Assembly (NCBI GenBank): GCA_036002305.1
Contig: DASYTL010000035.1
Location: 149,444-213,443 of the forward strand
Direction: 5' to 3'
DNA from: Candidatus Limnocylindria bacterium
Lineage (GTDB): Bacteria > Chloroflexota > Limnocylindria > P2-11E
Length of the DNA: 64,000 bases
Shown here: in pieces, positions 1 through 8,926 of the stretch
Layout: each line of letters begins with the position of its first letter
How positions within the stretch are numbered: the stretch's first letter is position 1
Made by a program: the position numbers and the translations under genes
The notes under the pieces: model-generated
What the model saw: the letters and a program-made list of their open reading frames with translations, nothing else
Told to the model about the DNA's origin: nothing
The model's database searches: none

Positions 1-1
1 G

Positions 2-223
2 ATGGCGCAGCACATCGTCGCCGAGGCCGCGACGCGCGCGGGGCTCTCGGAGAACGTGTCGCCGCACTGGCTTCGACACGCCGCCATCACCGCGTGGGCG
101 AAGGAAGAGAGCGTTCCGTTCGCGCAGCGTCTGGCCGGACATCGCAACGTGGCGACGACCAGCCGTTATCTGGGCAGCACCGACGCAGAGCTCAAGGAGC
201 GCTACAAGAAGCGCTTCGGCTAG
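2..223 (+). CDS. tyrosine recombinase (phage-integrase family), C-terminal fragment; 5' end outside window
   Basis: Frame open from window edge; catalytic-domain motifs HWLRHAAIT and GHRNVATTSRY; TAG stop at 221-223. Confidence 0.8.
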   Translation: MAQHIVAEAATRAGLSENVSPHWLRHAAITAWAKEESVPFAQRLAGHRNVATTSRYLGSTDAELKERYKKRFG

Positions 224-1044
224 CCGTCCAACGCGTCGCCGAGGCGCTGGATGTACCGCTCGGCCGAGCGCTCGAGTGCGTCGCGTCCGCCCGTCACCAC
301 CTCGCGTCCGTCCCACGCGCCGTAGATGCGCTCGAAGCGGAACGGGCGGAGGCGGTCCACGATGCGGCGCACCGTCTCCGCCGAGAGCGGCATGAGGTTC
401 GGGTAGCTGTACATGAAGCTGACGAAGCGGCGATCCATGACCACGGTCACCGAGTCGCCGCTCAAGAGGAGTCCGCGACCATCGGCGCCGTCCGCCCAGT
501 GCAGGACCTGCGAGCCGTCGAAATGGCCTCCCGTATTGACGAGCGTGACGCCCGGCAGGATCTCCCTCCGCGTTCCATCCCACAGCCGTAGTGCGGGGGT
601 CGGGTGTTGCACCCACCGCGCATCCGCGGCATGGATGTAGATCGGGCAATCACCGAAGGCCTCGCTCCACGTCGCCATGCTGGCGTAGAAGTGCGGATGC
701 GAGATCGCGATCGCGCGAAGCCCGCCGAGCTCGTGGACCGCACGCACCGACGCATCGTCGACCACGGTCACGCAGTCCCACATCACCAGGCCCTCTGTCG
801 TGCGCGCGAGAAGCGCGCGCTGCCCGATCGCGACCGCCGGTGTCGTGGCGATCTGGAACAACCCTGGCTCGAGCTCGCGCACGGTGTTCGTGTGCCCCTC
901 GTCGCGCAGCTCGGCCATCGTTGTCCAGCGTTGGCCATCCCAGCCGACGTACTGCCGCTCGTCTTCGCAGATGGGACAGACGTCGGGAGGCCGCGGCGCC
1001 GGGGCGTACTGCACCCCGCAGGTCCGGCACACGAACGCTTCCAC
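220..1044 (-). CDS. MBL-fold metallo-hydrolase with N-terminal CxxC...CxxC zinc ribbon
   Basis: CRTCG...CPICEDE ribbon followed by MBL-like core (AISHPHFY, TGGHFDGS). GTG at 1044 preferred; the upstream extension to 1149 looks non-coding (Arg/Ser-rich). Confidence 0.65.
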   Translation of the reverse strand: MEAFVCRTCGVQYAPAPRPPDVCPICEDERQYVGWDGQRWTTMAELRDEGHTNTVRELEPGLFQIATTPAVAIGQRALLARTTEGLVMWDCVTVVDDASVRAVHELGGLRAIAISHPHFYASMATWSEAFGDCPIYIHAADARWVQHPTPALRLWDGTRREILPGVTLVNTGGHFDGSQVLHWADGADGRGLLLSGDSVTVVMDRRFVSFMYSYPNLMPLSAETVRRIVDRLRPFRFERIYGAWDGREVVTGGRDALERSAERYIQRLGDALDG

Positions 1045-1212
1045 GGCGCGAGACGATACGGTGGGCGAACATCGGCCTGTGTCGCGGCCGGACAAGAATG
1101 AAGGCGTGTCCACTTGCGTGGACTCGCCTTCGGGCAGCCTTGTGCGCATGAAACGTGCCGGTTGGTGCCTGCTCGCATCTCACAAACCGGTAACGCGCAT
1201 CGTTGGAGCTAC

Positions 1213-2016
1213 GTGCCGCTCCCACTGACCGCGGAGACGCTCGCGGAGGGCGTCGCCGAGCTCAGGCGCCGTGATCCGCATCTCGCGGTGGTTGTGGATC
1301 GTTTCGGGCCGCCGCCGCTCTGGTCTCGCGAGCCGGGGTTCGGCACGCTCGTCCAGATCATCCTCGAGCAGCAGGTCTCGCTCGGCTCGGCCCGCGCGGC
1401 GTACGAACGGCTCAGCCAGGCGGCCGGCGGCGTCAGTCCGGACCGACTCGGCGAACTCGACGACGCGACCTTCCGGGCCGCGGGAGTGAGCCGGCAGAAG
1501 ACCGCATACGTCCGCGGCCTCGCGCGAGCAATCGTTGAGGGCCGGTTCGACCCAAGTGCTCTCGTGAAGATGGAGGACGACGCCGCCAGAGCGGAGCTGG
1601 TCAAGCTCAATGGGATCGGCAACTGGAGCGCGGACATCTATCTGCTCATGGCTCTCGGCCGGAGGGACGTGTGGCCGATCGGTGACCTGGCACTGGTCGG
1701 CGCCGTCCGTGAGGTGAAGCGCCTCCGATCGATGCCGAGCACGGAGCGGATGCTCCGCATCGCCCGCGGATGGCGTCCCTGGCGTGCGGTCGCCGCCCGC
1801 GTGCTCTGGCACCACTACCTGAGCACGCCGCGACCCCGTCGTGCGGCTACCGCCGCGAGGTCGTCCCCACTTCGAAGGGGTGCCCGGTCTCGACGTCCGG
1901 TCCCGAAAGGTCCGCGTTCGGGAAGACGCTCCGGAACGCCTTCGCGAGCCAGCGCTGCAGGCGCGTCGTCCACACCAGCGGCTCGTACGCCTCGAGGTGG
2001 TCGTACACGCGCCTGA
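1213..2016 (+). CDS. HhH-GPD DNA glycosylase (AlkA / 3-methyladenine glycosylase II-like)
   Basis: LVQIILEQQVS, RQKTAYVRGLA, LNGIGNWSADIYLLMALGRRDVWPIGD. GTG 1213 chosen as start. Low-complexity C-terminal tail overlaps the convergent amidase gene. Confidence 0.75.
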   Translation: MPLPLTAETLAEGVAELRRRDPHLAVVVDRFGPPPLWSREPGFGTLVQIILEQQVSLGSARAAYERLSQAAGGVSPDRLGELDDATFRAAGVSRQKTAYVRGLARAIVEGRFDPSALVKMEDDAARAELVKLNGIGNWSADIYLLMALGRRDVWPIGDLALVGAVREVKRLRSMPSTERMLRIARGWRPWRAVAARVLWHHYLSTPRPRRAATAARSSPLRRGARSRRPVPKGPRSGRRSGTPSRASAAGASSTPAARTPRGGRTRA

Positions 2017-2590
2017 GCATCCGGCGATCTTCCTCGGTGAACATGTCGTCCTCCTCCCGTGCTTCGCGAACGATGCGCTCGAGATCGAGCGTCCCAGGGC
2101 ACTCCGTCGGCACGATGGCGTTGTGCGGCAGAACCGTCGAGCCAACGCGCAGCGCCAGCCCGTAGCGGCCGGCGATGTCGGCGTGGAGCCGCGCCGACGC
2201 CCTGTACAGCGCGTCGCTCGGCGGCATGGCGGGTCCGGCCTCGTGCTCGATCCCGATGGACCGCTCGTTCACGGCGTATACGCCCGCGTGATAGGCGGTG
2301 TCGTCCTCGCTCACGAGCTGCGCGATCCGGCCGTCCTGGCCGATGACGTAGTGGGCCGACAGGATGCTCCGCGGATCCTTGAATCGCCGGATGGCCGCCT
2401 CGAACATGACGACCGTCCAGTGGTCGACGATGAACGTCACCGGATTGCCACCGCGGCCCACGGTGTAGTTGCGCTCCGGCACGGGCCCGCGCCATTGGAT
2501 GGCTAGAGCTCCTCCCTTCGTCCCGGCTGGACGGTGCAAGCCTCTGACCACATCCGTAAACGTGAGACCCTGAAGACATGGCACGGGCAT
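1847..2590 (-). CDS. N-acetylmuramoyl-L-alanine amidase (Amidase_2 / PGRP domain)
   Basis: HWTVV, SAHYVIGQDGRIAQLV, AYHAG, NERSIGIEHE, LPHNAIVPTECPG. Start uncertain: ATG 2590 overlaps the divergent gene, TTG 2539, or ATC 2500 behind an AAGGGAGG. Confidence 0.8.
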   Translation of the reverse strand: MPVPCLQGLTFTDVVRGLHRPAGTKGGALAIQWRGPVPERNYTVGRGGNPVTFIVDHWTVVMFEAAIRRFKDPRSILSAHYVIGQDGRIAQLVSEDDTAYHAGVYAVNERSIGIEHEAGPAMPPSDALYRASARLHADIAGRYGLALRVGSTVLPHNAIVPTECPGTLDLERIVREAREEDDMFTEEDRRMLRRVYDHLEAYEPLVWTTRLQRWLAKAFRSVFPNADLSGPDVETGHPFEVGTTSRR

Positions 2591-3498
2591 TGCTCGCCGC
2601 GCTTGTCCTCATCGCGGCATGCGCCAATCCGGCGGTGGTCGTCCCGCCGCCGGCGATCAGCTCGTCCCCGACTCCTTCCCCATCGCCTTCGGCGACGCCA
2701 TCACCGAGTCCGACGCCGGGGATCCTCCCGATCTTCGATGCGCATCTCCACTACAGCCGCGAGTCCTGGACCGCGTATCCGGCCGACAAGGTCGCGGCAC
2801 TGCTGGACGCGCAGGGTGTGCGAGCCGCGTTCGTGTCGAGCGCGCCCGACGAGGGCACGTTCCGCCTGCGTGCGGTGATGGGCGATCGCATCATTCCGAC
2901 GCTTGGCCCCTACCGCAACGGCGCGGACGTGTTCTCCTGGGCGCGCGATCCATCCGTCGTGCCGTACGTCGAGGCGGCGTATCGGGCGGGCGTGCACCGC
3001 GGGTTCGGCGAGTTCCACCTGAACGCCGGGCAGACCGCTCTGCCCGTCGTGAGGAGCCTCCTGGCTTTCGCCGCGCGCGAAAGGCTTTTCCTGCAGCCGC
3101 ACGCCGACGCCCGGGCCGTCGCCGAGCTGCTCGACGTCGCTCCGGACCAGACCGTCCTTTGGGCGCACGCCGGAGTGACGGCGACCCCCGATCAGGTGGA
3201 GGCGCTCCTCGCGAGGTGGCCGAAGCTGTGGGTCGAGCTCTCGCTGCGCGAGGACGTCGCTCCACAGGGGCATCTCGACGCGAGGTGGCGCGCGCTCTTC
3301 ATGAAGTACGCCGATCGCTTCATGGTGGGGACCGACACCTGGACCGTCGGCGGATCGTTCACTGGCAACGAACGCTGGGATCGCTACGCCGACATCGTGT
3401 CCGGCATCCGCGCGTGGCTCGGCGAGCTGCCGCGTGAAACGGCCGAGGCGGTCGCCTACCGCAACGCCGAGCGGTTCGTGGCGCAGCTTCCCCGGTAG
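2578..3498 (+). CDS. amidohydrolase-family lipoprotein
   Basis: Signal peptide plus lipobox LIAAC, Pro/Ser/Thr linker, DAHLHY metal motif and TIM-barrel amidohydrolase-like body. Confidence 0.65.
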   Translation: MARALLAALVLIAACANPAVVVPPPAISSSPTPSPSPSATPSPSPTPGILPIFDAHLHYSRESWTAYPADKVAALLDAQGVRAAFVSSAPDEGTFRLRAVMGDRIIPTLGPYRNGADVFSWARDPSVVPYVEAAYRAGVHRGFGEFHLNAGQTALPVVRSLLAFAARERLFLQPHADARAVAELLDVAPDQTVLWAHAGVTATPDQVEALLARWPKLWVELSLREDVAPQGHLDARWRALFMKYADRFMVGTDTWTVGGSFTGNERWDRYADIVSGIRAWLGELPRETAEAVAYRNAERFVAQLPR

Positions 3499-3503
3499 CG
3501 CGG

Positions 3504-4250
3504 CTAGACGAGCGTGGGTTCGGCTGGCTCGGCCGGGGCTGCGGACCTGCGTCGCCAGAACGTGAACCCGAGCACGCCGGCGCCGGCGAGGACGAGCGCG
3601 AAGAGGACCCGAGGCCAGTCCGGGTAGATGCTTTCCGCGGTCATCACGCGCTCCGCGGACGAGCTGATGTCGAGATGCCACGTGAGCCGCGATTGGTCGC
3701 CGGGCGCCCCATTGGTCGCGGTCACGATGCCGGGCATCGTGAGGTAGTAGTCGTAGGTGATCCCCGCGAGGAGCGCCTGCGCGAGCTGCTGCGACGCCGG
3801 GTCGCTGCTCGAGGGCGTGCTAGGCGTGGTCCGGCTGGGCGACACGACGACGCGGATCGTGTACCGGCGCGCGACGATCCAGTCGTCCTGACGCACTTCG
3901 AGCGTGCCCACGTCGAAGCCGCTCGTCGAGTTCTCCGCGACACGCCCCTGCGCCTCCGCCAGGCCGACGGTGCGGAACATCCGGACGCGGACGGTCGAGC
4001 CCTCGGAGTTGTCGCGGATCTCCCACTTGGTCCCGGACTGCGGGGACTTCTCAGTCGTCGCCGCCTGGGTCATCGACTGTTTGACGGCGTTGCCGAGGAT
4101 CCCGTCGGCTTCGACGTTCACCTCCTGCCTGACCGAGGCCCCGGGCAGGATCGGCGTCGGCTCGATGGCCTGGCTCACGCCGATGGCGACCTTGCCGAAG
4201 CACGCCGAGAGGAGGAGCCCGGAGGCGGCCAGCGCCAGGAGTCGTGCCAC
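3504..4250 (-). CDS. lipoprotein with C-terminal TM anchor (LppM/DUF3153-like)
   Basis: Lipobox LLSAC at N-terminus; hydrophobic helix FALVLAGAGVLGFTFW near C-terminus. Family assignment is from memory only. Confidence 0.5.
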   Translation of the reverse strand: MARLLALAASGLLLSACFGKVAIGVSQAIEPTPILPGASVRQEVNVEADGILGNAVKQSMTQAATTEKSPQSGTKWEIRDNSEGSTVRVRMFRTVGLAEAQGRVAENSTSGFDVGTLEVRQDDWIVARRYTIRVVVSPSRTTPSTPSSSDPASQQLAQALLAGITYDYYLTMPGIVTATNGAPGDQSRLTWHLDISSSAERVMTAESIYPDWPRVLFALVLAGAGVLGFTFWRRRSAAPAEPAEPTLV

Positions 4251-4359
4251 TGACGCGCGAGCCTATACCAGGCTGGTGGCTATTCGGTCACTGACTCGGC
4301 CGGCTGTGCTGGGGGCCGATGGCACACCCGCTGCAGCCGCAGCGGACCGGAGGTGTGCC

Positions 4360-4503
4360 ATGGCCAACGAGGAATGTGCCCACTGCGGGGTGCCGATCAC
4401 CGACTGGTCCACCGTCGCGAAGCGCGAGGGCATGATCTTCTGCTGCCCGAACTGCGCGAACGCCCACGTAGCCGCGCAGGCGCCGAGCGAAGCGCGGTCC
4501 TAG
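4360..4503 (+). CDS. small Cys-rich metal-binding protein (SmtA/BmtA metallothionein-like zinc-finger fold)
   Basis: 47 aa, MANEECAHCGVPI...REGMIFCCPNCANAH; GGAGG 7 nt upstream of ATG 4360. Confidence 0.55.
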   Translation: MANEECAHCGVPITDWSTVAKREGMIFCCPNCANAHVAAQAPSEARS

Positions 4504-5846
4504 GCCGCCTCGGCCGCCGGGGCGATCTCTTCGAGTGAGCGGCCGCGGGTCTCCTCGCCGAGGAGCGCGACCGCGGCCGCCGTGACCAGCAGCATCGCCA
4601 TGAACAGCGCGAACGTGCCGTTCACCTCGATCGAAGAGACGAGCACCGGAGTCAGGTACGGGCCGATGATCCCGCCGACGCGCCCCACCGCCGCGGCGAC
4701 CCCGGCGCCGGTCGCGCGAACGGCGGTCGGGTAGAGCTCGGGCGTGTACGTATAGACGATGCCCCATGCCCCAAGGTTGAAGAACGAGAGCAGCGCCGCC
4801 CACACGAACGCATCGCTCCCCGCGCCGGCGTTGCCGAACATGTACGCGGCGACGGCCGTCCCGAGGAGGTACGTCACGAGGGTCGGCTTCCGGCCCCAGC
4901 GCTCCACGAGCCAGGCGGCGCTGAAGTATCCCGGCACCTGAGCGAGTGTCGACAGGAAGAAGAATTCGTTGCTGCGGACCTCCGAGAGCCCGCGCGCGGC
5001 GAGGATCGACGGTATCCAGAGGAAGATCCCGTAGTAGGTCAGGACCACTCCGAACCACAGGATCCAGAGCATCGCGGTCCGGCGCGCGTACCGACCGCTC
5101 CAGAGCTCCGCGATCCGCGTCCGGCCGCCACGAGTCGGTGGCACGGCGGGCGCGAGCGTCAGCAGCGCTCCCCCGCCCGCGCGCTCCACCCGCCGCACGA
5201 TCGCGTCGGCTTCGGGCGCGCGCCCGCGTTCGGCAAGGAAGCGGGGTGACTCGGGGAGCGCGCGCCGCAGGTACGCGACGTAGAGCGCCGGCAGCGCACC
5301 CACGGCGAAACCCCAGCGCCACCCGAAGTTGGCTACCACGGTGATCGCCACGATCCCCGCGAGGATCGTCCCGTACGCCCAGAACGACTCGAGGAGCACG
5401 ATCATCCGTCCGCGCTGCGCACGGGGCGAGAGCTCGCTGACGAGCGTCGCCACGACCGGGAGCTCGCCGCCGAGACCGAGCCCGGCGACGACGCGGGCGG
5501 CCAGAAGGGTCTCGAAGCTGGGCGCGACCGCCGACAGCGCGCTTCCGAACGAGAAGACGACGAGCGTGGCCGTGAATACGGCGCGGCGCCCGTACCGGTC
5601 CGCGAGCCGGCCGGCCGCCGCGGCGCCGATGAACATTCCGAGAAAGGTCGCGCTTGCGATGAGCCCGACGCCCGTCGCGTCGAGCTTGAACTCGGCGCGG
5701 ATCGGGGCGAGGAGGAAGCTCAGCATGAGGACGTCCATCGCGTCGAACATCCACCCGAGCCCCGACAGGATGAGCAGGCGCCAATGGAAGCTGTTCAGTG
5801 GCACGCGGTCGAGCCGCGCGACGAACGTCTCGGCGCTGGTGCTCAC
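4500..5846 (-). CDS. MFS transporter
   Basis: 12-TM pattern; LGWMFDAMD and GRLADRYGRR (MFS motif A-like). Confidence 0.85.
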   Translation of the reverse strand: MSTSAETFVARLDRVPLNSFHWRLLILSGLGWMFDAMDVLMLSFLLAPIRAEFKLDATGVGLIASATFLGMFIGAAAAGRLADRYGRRAVFTATLVVFSFGSALSAVAPSFETLLAARVVAGLGLGGELPVVATLVSELSPRAQRGRMIVLLESFWAYGTILAGIVAITVVANFGWRWGFAVGALPALYVAYLRRALPESPRFLAERGRAPEADAIVRRVERAGGGALLTLAPAVPPTRGGRTRIAELWSGRYARRTAMLWILWFGVVLTYYGIFLWIPSILAARGLSEVRSNEFFFLSTLAQVPGYFSAAWLVERWGRKPTLVTYLLGTAVAAYMFGNAGAGSDAFVWAALLSFFNLGAWGIVYTYTPELYPTAVRATGAGVAAAVGRVGGIIGPYLTPVLVSSIEVNGTFALFMAMLLVTAAAVALLGEETRGRSLEEIAPAAEAA

Positions 5847-5849
5847 CGG

Positions 5850-6902
5850 CTAATTCCCCAGACAGCCCTCGGCGGCGAGGAGCTCGGCGTTGAGCACCGA
5901 CGCACCCGCCGCCCCGCGGATCGTGTTGTGGGTGAGGACGACGAACTTCATCCCCAGCACAGGGTCTTCGCGGACGCGTCCGACGGTGGCCGCCATCCCG
6001 CGCTCGGTGTCTCGGTCGAGAATCGGCTGCGGCCGGTCTCGCTCGTCGCGCACGTGGATTGGACGCTCGGGCGCCGTCGGCAGGCGGAGCTCCTGGGGGC
6101 GGCCGCGGAAGCTCCGCATCGCGTCCTTGACCGCGTCCACCGGCGGGGAACCGCGTAGGGCGATGCTCACCGCCTCGGTGTGGCCGTCCCGCACCGGGAC
6201 GCGGTTGCAGTGCGCTGAGAAGAGGAAGTCGGCGTCCACGAAACGTTTACCGTCCCAGGTCCCGAGGAACTTCCTCGTCTCGACCTTCATCTTCTCCTCT
6301 TCCTCGCCGATGAAGGGGACGACGTTGTCGAAGGCGTCCAGGGACGCGACGCCCGGGTATCCGGCGCCGGAGAGCGCCTGCATCGTGGTCACGACCGCGC
6401 GCTCGATCCCGAACGTCTTGTGCAGCGGGGCGACGGCGAGCGCGAACCCGATCGCGGAGCAGTTCCCGTTCGTCACGAGCGAGCCGGTCCAGCTGCGCTT
6501 GCGTCGCTGCACCTCGAGCGCGTGCATGTGCTCGGGGTTGACCTCGGCGATCATCAGCGGGACGTCATCGTCCATGCGGTGCGTCTTCACGTTGGAGAAG
6601 ACGTGGTGCCCGGTCTTCGCGAGCGCGGCCTCCCAGAGCTCGGCGGCCTCGGACGGGAGCGCCGAGAAGCAGACCTCGGCGTCCAGATCCGCCTTCGTCG
6701 GCTGGAGCGTCATGTCCGCGACACCCGCCGGCATCTCGCCGGGCGAGTGCCACGGCGTGACGTCGCCGTAGCGCTTGCCCGCCTTCGCGTCGCTCGTGGT
6801 GAGCGCCGCGATCTCGAACCACGGATGGGCGGCGAGCAGCCCGATGAAGCGCTGCCCGACCGTGCCCGTCGCGCCGAGGACCGCGACCTTCCGCCTGCGC
6901 AT
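5850..6902 (-). CDS. asd: aspartate-semialdehyde dehydrogenase
   Basis: VAVLGATGTVGQRF Rossmann motif, NGNCSAIG active-site Cys, SGAGYPG. ATG at 6902; the longer 499-aa ORF extension is rejected. Confidence 0.92.
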   Translation of the reverse strand: MRRRKVAVLGATGTVGQRFIGLLAAHPWFEIAALTTSDAKAGKRYGDVTPWHSPGEMPAGVADMTLQPTKADLDAEVCFSALPSEAAELWEAALAKTGHHVFSNVKTHRMDDDVPLMIAEVNPEHMHALEVQRRKRSWTGSLVTNGNCSAIGFALAVAPLHKTFGIERAVVTTMQALSGAGYPGVASLDAFDNVVPFIGEEEEKMKVETRKFLGTWDGKRFVDADFLFSAHCNRVPVRDGHTEAVSIALRGSPPVDAVKDAMRSFRGRPQELRLPTAPERPIHVRDERDRPQPILDRDTERGMAATVGRVREDPVLGMKFVVLTHNTIRGAAGASVLNAELLAAEGCLGN

Positions 6903-6952
6903 CGCGCTCAAGTCTGACGCATCGGCCGGCGCCGGCCCACGGGGTCCGCGGC

Positions 6953-7590
6953 TCAGCGGCTCATGCACCGGTAACGCCACACCGCGAGCGGCGCGAAGAT
7001 CGCCACGACGACGATGACCAAGATGATTGTGAGCTCGACGGGCCGCTCGGCCGGGAGTCCCGTCGCCGCGAATGGATTGGGATTGCCCCAGAGCTGGCGT
7101 GTCGCGGCCGTGAGCGCGCTCACCGGGTTCCACTCGGCGACCGGCTTGAGCCACGCGGGAAGGGTGGACGTGGGCACGAACACGTTCGACAGGAACGTCA
7201 GCGGGAACAGGACGGTGAACGAGAGCTGCTGGGTGACCTCGACCGTCGGCACCCACAGACCGAGCCAAACACCGATCCAGACCATGGCGAAGGCGAAGAG
7301 CAGCAGAAGGCCGACCCCGGCGAGGAGGCCGGGATCCCCGAATGCACACGCCACCCGACCGCGAGCCCTGAGAGCATCAGCACGACGAGGATGCCGGCGT
7401 TGTAGACGACGTCGGCGAGCGCGCGCCCGCTCACGACAGCCGAACGGGCCATCGGCAGCGAGCGGAATCGATCGATGATCCCCTTGCTCAGGTCGCTCGT
7501 CATGCTGATCGCCGTCGTCGCGGCGGCGAACACGATCGTCTGCGCGAAGATGGCCTTCGGCGACGATCGCGTCCACTGGGAAGTGCGACC
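6953..7590 (-). pseudogene. ABC-2 type transporter permease remnant (N-terminally truncated, frameshifted)
   Basis: SPKAIFAQTIVFAAATTAISMTSDLSKGIIDRFRSLPM...GWRV is in one frame. GLLAGVGLLLLFAFAMVWIG...LPAWLKPVAEWNPVS is in another. The frame switch lies near 7340-7365, an in-frame stop at 7591-7593 removes the N-terminal TMs, and there is no partner ATPase. Confidence 0.75.
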
Positions 7591-7667
7591 CTACCCCCGA
7601 ACGGCGCCGGGACTCTATGAGGAAATACACATTCGCGGGCCCCGCCCGTCGGTCGGGGCTCAGCGCG

Positions 7668-8318
7668 TCAGGCGGGCATCGCCGCGAGCCAGCGATGCTG
7701 CCGGTCGATCCAGCGCAGGAGGCGCAGATGCGCGGCCGTGAGCGCCGCGAGCATCTCGTCGTCGCTCAGGACGCGCGCCCCCTCCAGCCGGATCCGCCAC
7801 TGGCCACGCGAGCCGGCGTCGTATTCGATCGTCTCGTAAAGCAGCTGCCCCTCGCGCCGGATGTCGAAGGCGCGGATCGCGAGGCCACACCGCTCGTGCT
7901 CCGTCGGCGTGGGGTCCAGCCCGCTCTCCGGGTCGTACCGCTCGATGAGCAGGATGCCGTTCGGCGTGAGGTGTCGCCGGCACGCTAGGAGGAGGGCGAT
8001 CCGCCCTGCCTCGTCGGGGGTGTTCACCAGGTTGCTCATGAGCAGCACGCCGCGGAACGTGCGCCCGAGATCGAGGTCCTCGATGCGGGATTGGACCTTC
8101 TCCGCTCCCTCGATGAGCTCGAGCTTCTCGGGGTCCATGTCGACGGCGACGACGCGCCGGCCGAGCGCGAGCAGCGCGTGCGTGATGCGACCCGGGCCGG
8201 CGCCGAGCTCGAGGATCTCGGCATCCTCGGGGATCTCGCGATCGATGAGCGCTGGCTCATCAGCGGGCTCGAGCAAAGGGTAGAGGTCGACAGGCGCCCC
8301 AAGGTCGCGCATGCGCAA
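7668..8318 (-). CDS. class I SAM-dependent methyltransferase
   Basis: ILELGAGPGRIT motif I, VVAVDMD motif II. Confidence 0.8.
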   Translation of the reverse strand: MRMRDLGAPVDLYPLLEPADEPALIDREIPEDAEILELGAGPGRITHALLALGRRVVAVDMDPEKLELIEGAEKVQSRIEDLDLGRTFRGVLLMSNLVNTPDEAGRIALLLACRRHLTPNGILLIERYDPESGLDPTPTEHERCGLAIRAFDIRREGQLLYETIEYDAGSRGQWRIRLEGARVLSDDEMLAALTAAHLRLLRWIDRQHRWLAAMPA

Positions 8319-8350
8319 CGAGTCTGGCAGACGGCAGGACGCCGAGCGCT

Positions 8351-8926
8351 TCAGGTCGCGAAGCGGACGAGGTCCACCAGCAGCTCCGGGCTCACCCGCT
8401 GCGCGCGCCTCAATACTGCGCCGTTCTCATCGAGCACCCGGTAGCCGTTCGCGAGCGGAGTCACGTTGTCGGGGACGATCGTGCGGACCAGATCGCCGTG
8501 CTCGTCGAAGATGAGGTAGCTCGGCGTGTATCGCACCCCGTTCGCGTCGCCGATCGCGCGACCGGCCGGGGTCGGAAGCTCGACGCGAACGAAACGCGCG
8601 GCACCACGCATGCTCGTGGCGGCGAACTTGATGATCTGACGGTTCGCCATGCAGATGAGGCAGTAATTCGAGTAAAGCTCCACGACGACCGGCCTGCCAC
8701 CACGGACGAGCCGCGCGAGGTCCTCCGGCGCCGTGATGTCGGGTGGCCCCGGGCGCAGAGCGAGCCAGACCCCGCCGAGCACGACGAAGTCGATGAGGAC
8801 GGTGGCGATGAGGGCGGGCACCGCCGCCATGCCGACCGGTCCGAGGGTCAGCGAGATCCCGAGGAAGGTCGGCACGACGACGGCGAGCGCGAGGATGAGA
8901 TAGCTGAAATTGTTGAGGGCCCTCAA
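8351..8926 (-). CDS. membrane-anchored thioredoxin-like protein
   Basis: Two N-terminal TM helices, then a thioredoxin fold with a CLIC (CxxC) motif. TTG start overlaps the upstream TGA (TTGA). Confidence 0.65.
   Translation of the reverse strand: MRALNNFSYLILALAVVVPTFLGISLTLGPVGMAAVPALIATVLIDFVVLGGVWLALRPGPPDITAPEDLARLVRGGRPVVVELYSNYCLICMANRQIIKFAATSMRGAARFVRVELPTPAGRAIGDANGVRYTPSYLIFDEHGDLVRTIVPDNVTPLANGYRVLDENGAVLRRAQRVSPELLVDLVRFAT

Noticed and set aside
5850-7349. Long N-terminal extensions in the ORF track: asd as 499 aa, aspartate kinase as 794 aa, hom as 486 aa, truB as 445 aa, ruvC from 47317, and the ThiS-like gene as 301 aa.
   Set aside because: The extensions are low-complexity Arg/Gly/Pro-rich and overlap upstream conserved genes out of frame. 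The conserved domains begin at internal starts that coincide with the stop codons of the upstream genes.
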